The position numbers and the translations under genes are program-made. A stretch of DNA of 64,000 bases from Camelus ferus (Eukaryota), in contig NC_045704.1 of the NCBI RefSeq assembly GCF_009834535.1, forward strand, positions 11,780,001 through 11,844,000, given 5' to 3'. The notes beneath the pieces are model-generated. The model made no database searches. It was not told where the DNA came from and saw only the letters and a program-made list of their open reading frames with translations. Below, piece after piece: positions 12,590-41,420 of this stretch. The stretch's first letter is position 1. Each line of letters starts with the position of its first letter.

Positions 12590-13100
12590 CGGAGGGTAAG
12601 GTGGGAGGGGGGTTAGTTTGAGGTAGGAATTATATGGGTTGGGGGAGAAGTATGAAGATAGAAGTGGGTGTGGGACTGGGGCTGGAGCTGGGGTTGGAAA
12701 TGCCATCTGGTGTGGGGATGGAAATGAAGATAGGGTTCAGTGTCTGGGTGAGGATGAGTTTGGGTTTTTGGGATCAGGTTGAGTTTGGGAATAAGAATGG
12801 GGTTAGGTTAGAGGACAGGGATAGGGTTAAATTAGGGGGTGGTGTTGGGGTTAAGGAATGGGCTGTGTTGGGTTTGAGGGTGGGATTGAGTTTAGAATTG
12901 GGGTTTGGGAATAAGAGTGGTTAGGTTAGGTTTGGAAATTGAGATGAGGTTGAGTTTGGGGCTGGAGCTGGCGTTAAGGATGGGGTTGAGTCTGGGGTTA
13001 GGTTTGGGAATGAGAATGGGATTGGGTTGGAGGAAAGGGATGGGGCTAAGAATGGGACTGAAGCCACAGCCAGGATGGGGCTGGGTTTGGGGTTGAAGTC
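12590..13100 (+). repeat. G/T-rich degenerate hexamer array (GGGNTG-like)
   Basis: GGGCTG/GAGCTG/GGGTTG/GGGATG/GAGTTT units with 6-nt periodicity, producing Gly-Leu-rich spurious ORFs. Confidence 0.8.
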
Positions 13101-14313
13101 AAGATGGCAGATGGGCTCTGGGCTATGACTCCTGTCACCACACGCCCACGGCCCCGACTTCCTGAAGTCTGTCTGGCTGCTCCTCACAGGAGCCACGTCC
13201 ACCACCATTTTTGTGATGGTGCTTTAGCTGCTCATGACCTGGATCCTCTTCTGGGAGCCTGTCCTCATAGGTATGTTTTCAGGAGTGGCCAGTTACCCCC
13301 TCGGGGAGGATCTGGGTGAGGGATGAGGGCCTGCAATCTAGAGTCTCCAACCAAAGAGGACCCAGCCTATTGGATCTCGCAGGGCCAGTCTCCCTGGTGT
13401 GGGAGGAGGTCTGGAGCGTCCATCCCTGACACCCTTTACTCCCCATCCCGACTCCCTGACCACAGAAACCCTGATCTTGGTGATAGCCCACCAAGCTGAA
13501 GGCCCCGCTTAAAGCTGAGCTATCTGTGAACTCATTTATCAGAGGAGGATGTGGGCACGTCTTCCCCTCCACAAACTCTTAGAGCTTGTGATCACTGTTT
13601 ATCTGCCCAGAGCACAAGCTACAAGCATGGATCTGGGAGTCTGAGGGCCCCTGCCCTCAAAACCTGGAGTCTAAGCCTCTGACTCCTTCCTCTTTCAGCC
13701 CCAGGCATCCTGATCTCTTGCCCCCTCCTTTGGTGGAGACCATAGAGTTGAGACCCCCATCTCCTAGAATGGAAGGTTTCAGAACCCACACACAGGAAAG
13801 CATGATGCATCCCCCACTGTCCCCTCTGGCCACACCCCCCCTCCTATTTCAATCACACCCTGGCCTCACCACATCTCACCTCCGGGCCCCCCAAGCCTCT
13901 CTCTCACCTCTTCCAGGAAGCCCCCTCTGCCGCCAAGGGCTCCTAGGGCTTCTATATAGACAGAGAGGCAAGTTCCAACCACCATCCAAACCACTGACGA
14001 GGTGACATCTTCAGTGCCCTCCCCCCAACACACACGCTGTGAGGGGAACCTCAGGGAGGGGGGGTGGGGTAGATGCAACCCAGGAAGGGAGGATATGTGA
14101 CAAGAGTCAGCTGCTAGGAACTGGGTAAAGCTAAACCAGCCCGGTCTTAAGGCTCTCCGGCCCCCAGGCCACCCCGGCTGCTTGCTGGTTTCTTTCTTGA
14201 GCTCAGAGGACCTAGGAGTCCAGGGGGCACAGCCTCCTCCTCTCTCAGAGACCCAGAAGTCTGGATTACCAGCCTCTTGATCACTCAGGACCCAGAAACC
14301 CCGCGCTCACCCG

Positions 14314-15079
14314 ATGGAGCCCTGTCGGTCCCTGGCCCTGCTGACTGGCTCCCTGGGCCTGATGTCCATCTTGGTTGCTCTGAGCACGAATTTCTGGTTC
14401 GTGGCCGAGGGGCCCACCTCTTCATCTCATTCGGGCCTCTGGCCAAAGGGGCATCAGGACTCAATAGCAGGTAAGGGGGAGCCAACTCTCTCGGGGTGGG
14501 GAACAGCCAGGGCTGACAGGCACTCAGAGGTCCTGTGTCTAAGCAGGCTACATCCACGTGACACAGAGCTTCTGCATTCTGGCCACCCTGTGGGGCCTGA
14601 TCTCTGTGAGCTTCCTGGTGATGTCCTGCATCCCCTCACTGTCTGCCCCTGGACGTGGCCCCCTGGTCTCCACCTTCACAGCCTTTGCCGCAGGTAAGGG
14701 CTCCGGGCTGCACCTGGGGCATTGGGACCTGGGGAGTTTCTGCAGGGGGGCTGAGCTGTCTCTCTCATCTCCGCCCCCAGCCCTCTCCTTGATGGTGGCC
14801 ATGGTGGTCTATACTATCGAGCGGTGGAACCAGCCTGGACACCCCCAGATCCAGTCCTTCTTCTCCTGGTCCTTCTACCTGGGCTGGGTTTCAACTGTCC
14901 TCTTTCTGTGTGCAGGTGACTGCTGCCCTGGGAGTTTGGGGGGAGGGGGGAGGGGGTCCACTGGGGGCTCTGAGGGAGCAGGGCAGGGGCAAGGGCTCTA
15001 ACTTCTCTCTGCCACCCCAGGCGGCCTGAGTCTGGGTGCTCACTGCGGGGCGCACCGGCCCGGCTATGAGAGCGTGTGA
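14314..15079 (+). CDS. NKG7: Natural killer cell granule protein 7, 4 exons, 165 aa
   Basis: Exons 14314-14470, 14547-14693, 14781-14915, 15021-15079 (498 nt). Protein MEPCRSLALLTGSLGLMSILVALSTNFW...HSGLWP...FFSWSFYLGWVS...HRPGYESV*, ending in a C-terminal YxxPhi motif. AATAAA at 15481-15486. Confidence 0.97.
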
Positions 15080-17155
15080 ACCGTGTGGATGGCTTTGGGG
15101 CCCTGCCCTCTGAAGGCACCATCAGGAGCCGCGGGAAGCTCTGGTTCTCCTCCCAGTCCTCACTCCCAGCCTCTGCAGCCTCCTTCCTTTGTGTCTTCGT
15201 TCACTCCACAAAAATTTGCTGGGACCCAGTTATTCCGAGGTTAATGCAGCCCCAGCAGAAGCTGACGACACGCCAGCTCCACAGTGGGAGACCCTGGGCA
15301 CCCAGAGAGTGTTCCCACCCAGGGTGGGGGCCGGGGTGGGCTCGGGCTCAGCCCCAGGGCTCTCTCCCCCCTCCCCCTGGCCTTTGTCTCTCCCCTTTGT
15401 CTTTTTATCCCTTTTATTCTCGCCCCTCTCTTCTTTTGTCACACTTGCCTTCACTCTTAGCCCTCCTTGCTCATTTCATTAATAAATTCACTCCTGCAGT
15501 TGGCTTTCCCCGAGTGCATCCTTTCTGAGGGGGCCTCCCACTGGGGGTGCTGTGGCGGGTCAGACCGGACCCTGCCCACCAGGGGCTGCAAGTCCGGTGG
15601 GGGCAGGCAGAGCCCAGGGCGGGCACAGCAGGAGGGCTGGCTGTGTCGTGGGGGTGGGGTGGGGTGGGGGGTGGAGGTGAGCTCTCTGAGGAGACAGAGA
15701 ACTTCTCAAGGGCCAAAGGAAGGTAATGCAGGTAGTGGGACCCTAAGGCAGAGGCGTGGAGAGGGTGGAAGTTCTCAGAGGATGGAGAACAGTGCTTTGC
15801 AGCTGAATGGAGAATGTGGAGCTGGTGGAAAATGAGGATGGAGAGACAGGTGGCAGTCAGTGCCTCTAACTCAACAGTTGTCTGTCTCTGTCTCTGTCTC
15901 TGTCTCTGGTGGGTGATAGGGAGCTAAGAGAAGAGGGTGAACAGGGGAGGGACAGCATCTTCTCTGAGCACCAGAAAGCTCCCTCTGGGGCACATGGGGG
16001 AAGCCAGAGGTGAGAGGAGATCTTGGCCACACAACAGGTGGGACGTAAGACAGGACAAGGCTGGGCTGGAGCCAGGGCATGAGATGGAATGGAGGAAAGG
16101 AGCCAGAAAGATTCAGGGGGTGGGAGGAACCGGACTCAGGGATCCAAGGGCTTTGTGGAGTGAGGGGCAGGAAGAGGGCAAGGAGAGTGCCCAGGGGGTC
16201 TGGTCCAACTAACTGAGTGGGATGATGTGGTCATTTCTGGTTTTGGTGGAAGATGCTGAGATCAACTGGGATATGGTTGCGGGCTAGGGTCTGGGAGAGG
16301 GCCGGGAGCATGTGAGGATTTAAGGCTAAGGCTCAGGAGGACACCTGGGCTGGAGATGGCATTTGGGATGCTCTCAGAGCATTGGTGGTCACTGGAGCTG
16401 TGGGAGTGTGGAAGCTCCCCCGAAAAGAAGATACAGAATGGAGCCTCCGAGAGAACCCACACTGGGCGGTGGCGGGAGTAGGAGCAGGAGGCTGCAGGGG
16501 AGCCTAGGAGGGCACAGTCAAAGAGCTGGGGACAGGAGAACTTGGGGAGGGTCAAGGGAAGAGAAGTTTCTAGAAGGACATGGGCTACCGTGTCATCACC
16601 TTCAGACGCCCCTAGTCCTGCGGTTTGACTCTGAGCTGTTACTTTGCTAGAAGAGCTGCCCCGTGTGCGTGCGTGTGTGTATGGGTGGGTGGTTATCTCT
16701 TTAAACAGCCACGGATTCTGGAATTCCTACTGCCTCACAGAGACCTGGTTTCCCTTCCCCCACCCCTCTGGGCTCTGTCTGAGAAGCCCTGGGAGCTGGA
16801 ATGGGTCACTTAGGTGAGTGTGTGCAGAGATGAGGGGGGTGGGGGGGTGGGGGAGTGGAGGAGGGGTGTGGCACTGGACAGGCCAAAGGCATGTGAGGGA
16901 TGGAGGTTTCTGGAAGACAAGGAAACTCCTAAGCAGTGATGCCTGAGGGGAAAGGAGGGCTTGGGTCTGAGAGGGGCCTGTGGGGGATCCCCATAAGTAG
17001 GGGCCAGAGGCAGGGTGCTGGGATAGCCATCTGGGATATGGGGGGACATATGGAAGAGGGTTTCAGGGACTTGAAGGAATGGGGCGAGGGGCCTGGGGGT
17101 GGGAGAGGTGTTGGCCAATCCTGCATGTGTGGTCCTTGGCAGCAGCCTCCCTGGC

Positions 17156-18584
17156 ATGGGGGTGAAGCAGAACCTTCAGAGTGGGGGCACCTTGCTGGGC
17201 TTCTTGGCTACCAGCCTCACGATTCTGTCCACCACCACCAACTACTGGTTCCGTTACTCTGGGGGGCCACAGTGGCCTGTGGCAGGAGTGTGGCCTGTGG
17301 CAGGAGTGTAACAGTGGCATGTAACCCAACATCCCCGGCCAGAGTGAGGCCCGGCCGCCCCAGTGTCAGACCTCCACTGGACAGACAGCCCCCAGACAGA
17401 CCGATCACAGCTAGCCCCCTCATCTGACACAACTGCGGGGCACATCCTGCGGCGCCCCCAAATCTACCCTTCCATCTAAGTTCCAGCTACCCCTCCGTGA
17501 CCAAGGCCACCATGATCTCCCACTTTGGCATCTGCTTCCCTGTTGCAACATTAACGGGCCCTCATGATGTAACTGCCAAGTCCCCATCCAAACCCCTGAC
17601 TCTGCTGCCAGCCCAGAACTGGCGGGTGGGGTTGGTGGCCAGGGAAGGTGCCAGCGGGGCTGATGCGACCCGCTCTCCCCCAGCCATGCTGGCGGTGACT
17701 GGGGCGTTCATGGTGCTAGCGGCGGGCTCCGGCATCGTGGGCTTGGTGATGGGGCTGCGGATTCTGTGCCAAGAGGGCGACCCACGGGGCCAGACCACTA
17801 GCGCCATCTTCTTCCTCTGCGGTGAGACGGCAGCGGGCCGCCAGGCATAGGGTGGGCCTGGAGTTTGGAGGGGCAGGGGCCCAGGGGTCGCGACTTGAGG
17901 CATGGGTATGGGAGCCGGGAGCTGGGGCTGGAGACCGAGAGGATACGGCGGGGATCAGAAGGACAGCTCTGGTGGTGGAGGAGCTAGAGAGGCGGGGCTA
18001 GGGGCGGGGCCGGGGAGACGGGGTAGAGCCCGGACGGGGTGGGCTCGAAGGGCGTGGCCTGGGGCGGTGGGCGAGGCCAGGGTGGGGCCTGGGTGCAGCC
18101 TCTTGGCCACGCTCACCCGGGGGGTGGGCGGGGCCCAGGCCTGCTGCTGCTGATCGCCTTGACAGGCTGCTATATAGTGAAGAATATGTGGAAAAACGAC
18201 GTCGTCTTCTCCTGGTCCTATTTTTTGGGGTGGCTGACTTTATCCTTCTCTGTTCTCGCGGGTAATCTGGACAGCGGAAGAGGGTGGAAGAGACGGTCCC
18301 GAAGAACACCCCCTCCCTGCAGAGACTCCTAGCCACTTCCCGGAAACTCCACAGTGACTTCCCAGGGACTCCCCAACACATTCCACTCCGGGCTCCCGGG
18401 GACCCGGCAGAAAAGCACTTGGAGCCCCAAACTCCAGTCCCTGGGGCCCTCCGGGTCATCCGCCCCGGGACCTACCCTCCTCCACCTGCCCTCCATTCTC
18501 CTCCCGCCAGGCTTCTGCTTTCTGCTGGCAGACATGATCGTGCAGAGCACGGATGCCATCAGTGAATTTCCAGTGTGCTTGTAA
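17156..18584 (+). pseudogene. CLDND2: Claudin domain-containing 2, disrupted in exon 1 (frameshift, 18-nt duplication, premature stop)
   Basis: Exons 17156-17343, 17684-17821, 18139-18261, 18511-18584 match recalled CLDND2 (MGVKQNLQSGG...TNYW; GHSGLWQEC; RGQTTSA; FSWSYFLGW; DMIVQSTDAISEFPVCL*). The ATG frame ends at TAA 17309-17311 after the G6 run at 17261-17266. The ancestral frame has TAA at 17322-17324. AATAAA at 18602-18607. Confidence 0.85.
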
Positions 18585-19348
18585 CCGCAGGTGCTTGGCA
18601 GAATAAAGGAACGGCTTCCACCGCAGCGGCTCCATGTGACTTTCTGGGGGACCTGAGGACGCAGATACGGGGGTACTTGGAGGCTCAGGGAGGGCGTAAG
18701 GACACGAACCTACAGGGAACATTGTAGACATGGGGGGGACACGGGCGTGGTAGAGACTCGGATATAGAGAGGACAAGGGACATGTATTTGGAGGGGACGG
18801 GGACATGGGGATAGTGGAATCAGGGGACATGGGCGCATAGAGAGGATATAGGGACACAGACACGGAGGAAAAGTGGAGACAAGGACGGGGGAGGACAGAT
18901 ATGGAGGAACGTAGAGGCGCGATCATAGAGGGGACGAGGAACACGGGCTTGGAGAGAATGAGGTAGGGGGAATGGGACACGGGTTGGGCACTAGGGGAGA
19001 GGGTAGACCCGAAGGCATTGGGAAAAGTTTAGGAGGTCTTTTCTGAACTCCTCTCCAGGAACGCGTCCCTCCCTCGCGGGACCTTTCCCCCAGTTCCTGG
19101 CCACACCCCCTTCACAATGTCCTTTTTTCCGGGTTCCGCCTCTCTCCCAGGGATCTGCTCCTCATTGGCCCGCATCTACTTGCCCCACCTCTCTCCCCTC
19201 CGGCCTCCCGATTGGTCCTTCTGGGCGGGCGGGGCGGGCACCGCGGCTGTTGACTGGCTGGCGGCGCGGAACGCAGGCGCAGAGAAGGATAGGGGGGCGG
19301 GGCTACCAGCCCGGGAGGCCGAAGGCGAGGACTCGCCGCCGCAGGAAG

Positions 19349-30364
<11,016 letters not shown>

Positions 30365-30750
30365 GCCCCTTCCCTGAAACTCAGCAATAAAACCATGACT
30401 CTTCCAACGTCTGTCTCTGTTAACCCATTCCCTGTAAACCCATTCTTTGATTCATTCAGCAAACATTTACTTAAGTCTCCTGCATGCTGGGTCCTGTGCC
30501 CTGTGCCCTGTGCTAAGTGATGCTGGGGACCCAGGTGAGTCACATGCAGTCCCTGTCCAAGAGGAGCTTCTCTGTTGAAGGGGGGGACACACATGGACAG
30601 AGGCAGCTGTAAGGCGGGGTGCTGTGTGCTATAAGCTGAGGGAACCCACTTCCCTTGGGAACCCACATGGGGCATCTGACCTGGCCTGTGGGGTCAAAGG
30701 GACCTCCCAGGGAGATGGTGTTTAAGTTGATTCTCAAAAGACAAATATAA

Positions 30751-30862
30751 GGGGTGGGATAGCTCAGTGGTAGAGTGCATGCTTAGCATGCACGAGGTCC
30801 TGAGTTCAATCCCCAGTACGTCCATTTAAAAAAAAGAAAGAAAGAAAGAAAGAAAAAGAAAA
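30751..30862 (+). mobile_element. Vic-1-like SINE with (AAAG)n tail
   Basis: GGGGTGGGATAGCTCAGTGGTAGAGTGCATGCTTAGCATGCACGAGGTCCTGAGTTCAATCCCCAGTAC followed by an A-rich tail. Confidence 0.9.
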
Positions 30863-31774
30863 ATATCAGTGAGGTTGGTGGGGGGGGGGAGGGGGTAGAA
30901 GAAGGACTTTCATCTGCAAAGATTTTGCTGGATACTCCAGGTGCCAGGTCCCTGCTGAGCTTCAGACATGAGGGAATGAGGCTGGAGGCTCTGGTCCTGG
31001 CTGGGGGGGACAGGCAAGCAACAGACAGTCAAAACCTCTTTTAGGCATGAGGAGCTGGGGCCTGGAGTCAGACTTTGTGACTTTAGACCCTCACTCTCAC
31101 ACTTACCAGCTATGAGATCTTGAGTGAGTTACTTTCTGCCTCCGAGCTTCCATTTCCTCATCTGGACGATGGAATAGTAAGAGCTTGGTGTAGTGGTTAA
31201 GAGCCTGGGATCTGCATCCCAAGGCCCTGGGTTCAGATCCCAGTCTGGCCAATCCCGGATGCTGGGAGGACCTTCAGCAAGTTCCCACTCTCGGAGCCTG
31301 GGTTTCCTCCTCCATCAGGTGGAGTTAGTGGTAACACCTGCGTTCTGGTTGTTGTGGCGTAACAGACCTCTCCAAAGCTTGGTGGTGGAAACCAACAATC
31401 ATTTATTTTGCTCGTAAATCTGAAATGTGGGCGAGGCTTGGCAGGGACAGCTTGCCAATCTTCCATGCAGCCTTGGTGGGGATGGCTCAAATGGGGTGTC
31501 CAAGGTGGCTCAGTCCTGTGCCTGGCAAGCTGGCTGGGGCTGTGGGCTTGAGCTGGCTGTTGGCCAGGGGCCATGGTTCCTCTCCTTGGGGCCGCTTGAG
31601 CTTCCTCACAGCTGGGGCCCAGTATAGGCAGCGGCGTAGGCGCCAGTCTCTCAAGTTCTAGATGCAAAAATTAGCGCAGGGCCACTTCTGCTCTGCTCTC
31701 TTGGTCTGACAGTCGGAGAGACTACCCGGACCCAAGGGAGGGGACATAGACCCTATTCCTTTTTCTTTTTTAAA

Positions 31775-32228
31775 AAATTTTAATAGCTTTTATTTATTTA
31801 TTTTAAAAAGTGAATTGAAGTGTAGTCAGTTTACGATGTGTCAGTTTCTGGTGCACAGCATATACGTATACATACATGCATTCGTTTTCACATTCTATTT
31901 CATTATAGGCTACACAAGATACTGAATACAGTTCCCTGTGCTCTACAGTAGACACTTGTTGGTTATCTATTTTATATATGGTAGTATCTGCAAATGTCAA
32001 ACTCCCAGTTTATCCCTTTTCACCCCTTTCCCCTCTGGTAATCGTAAGTTTGTTTTCTATGTCTGTGAGTCTGTTTCTGTTTTATAAATAAGTTCATTTG
32101 TGTGGGGTTTTGTTGTTGTTGTTGTTTGTTTTAGATTCCACATATAAGTAATATCATATGATATTTTTCTCTTTCTGGCTTCACTTAGAATGATGATCTC
32201 CAGTTCCATCCATGTTGCTGCAAATTTG
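31775..32228 (-). mobile_element. LINE-1 3' fragment (cetartiodactyl-type)
   Basis: AATACAGTTCCCTGTGCTCTACAGTAG...TCTATGTCTGTGAGTCTGTTTCTGTTTT...TTAGATTCCACATATAAGT...TCCATCCATGTTGCTGCAAAT. Confidence 0.85.
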
Positions 32229-33802
32229 ACCCCATTTCTTAATAGCAGGAGGGTTGAATTTGCAGCTATTCCTTAATCTACAAAACATACCTCCATGGGA
32301 TTCTGAAGGTTTAATTAATGTAGCACCTGCAGACCCATACCCAACATGCAGAAGATTCTCACTGTATATTATGGCCATTATTATTATTATTAGCATGGGG
32401 TGGCAGAAGTTTTCAGAAAGAGTGAGCAGCCTGACCATCCTGGGCTAAACGCCTCCCTCCAGCTGTGCCACCTCCGCAGGTCCCTTGACGTCTCTGAGCC
32501 GTAGTATCCCGGTTTGTAAACACCTGGCCCATAGAGTGTTTAGAAGGGTTCGGCCCATAGAGTGTTTAGAAAGGTTCAGCCCAATAATGTCCAGAAAGCA
32601 TTTCACATGGTTCCTGGCGCATGAGAAGTGGTAATTATTATTTTGGTTCTTAATAAGGTGAGACTTGAAGGACTAGTTGTGGTTTAGCCAGGTCAGAGGA
32701 GGGGGTGGGGGAGCGAGCACAAGCATTCCAGGCAGAGGAAGCTGCCCTTGCAAAGGCAGGGAGGGGAGAGATGGGCAGAGGAATGGCCGGGTATTCAAAG
32801 AATAATTGCTGGAGGGGGAAAGTGGGTGGGTATCAGCCTGGCAGTTCTGATGAGGAACCTGGTTGTCTCCTGGGGGCACTGGGGAGCTATGGAGGGGCAG
32901 GGTCAGCTCTGGAAAGACTCAAAGGCCAAGTGGGAATCCATGGACTAAGGAAGACTAGAAGCTGGAGGGAGGAGGCCAGGCAAAGGGACAGAGGGAGAAG
33001 TGAGGGCCTGTGCTGAGGCTCAGCCAGTAGGAACAGAGAGGAAGGGATGGAGCAGAGAGATTCAGGGGTGGGAGTGGGTGGGTTTCAGAGACTGACAGCA
33101 GTGAAGGGAAGGGAGGCGGTGGGGTGGGGGGAGGCTCACAACATGTCTCTAGATTGCAGGAGATGGAGAATGCAGAAGGGTTGTGTTGGAGAGTGTAGTG
33201 GGACACAGGGCATGTGAGTGCCTGGGGGACATGGAGATGCACCTCTGGGTCTCAGAAGAGATGACTGGGTGAGAGATAGCTACTTGAGACTTGGTCCTGA
33301 GGGCAAGAGGGAACCATGGGAGAGTTAGGAGCAGGGTCAGACATGGGGATTTGAGGCTGCAGGCAGGACAGATTGGACTTGAGGCCAGGAGGCTGCAGAG
33401 GAGGAAGACTCGGCTGAGGCCAAGGCCATCATAGAGGGGAATGCTCTCTGAAAGGGCAACTTACCTTCCTCCAGGAAGCCTTCCTGGATTTTCCATGAAT
33501 TTGTCACCAAGTTTCTGGCTGGTACTCGATTCTCACCATCTTCCCCCAGAGGGTGGGGAGTGCAGGGGTCAGGCTGGGCCTCCCCCCGAGACTGGACCAG
33601 CTGATGAGGACAAGTGGGGTGGGGTGGTGGTTCAGGCACCTGATCTGGGTAGGGGATGCTGGCACCTCCCACTGGGTCTGATTCCCTTCCCCGCCCAGGA
33701 AGCTACCAGTCCTGTCCGACTCGTCCAGCCCCGACCAGCCTGGGAGGGATGGGTGCAGGCCCTGGGTATTGCCTCAGTATCCTCGCTGGTGCGGCCAGCA
33801 CC

Positions 33803-41420
<7,618 letters not shown>

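Noticed and set aside
12590-13100. Interstitial telomeric repeat, or a Gly-Leu-rich protein
   Set aside because: There are no tandem TTAGGG runs. The ORFs are a by-product of hexamer periodicity.
17261-17266. CLDND2 disruption explained only by a homopolymer sequencing error
   Set aside because: The TAA at 17322-17324 in the ancestral frame stops the protein even if the G run is corrected.
30751-30830. tRNA-Ala(AGC) genes (this and nine similar tRNA-like sequences)
   Set aside because: They have A-rich tails, target-site duplications, mismatched stems and high copy number, which marks them as tRNA-derived SINEs.
32526-32577. 26-bp tandem duplication (and a perfect 22-bp duplication at 20969-21012)
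   Set aside because: They are real but ordinary slippage events in intergenic or intronic DNA, with no sign of function.
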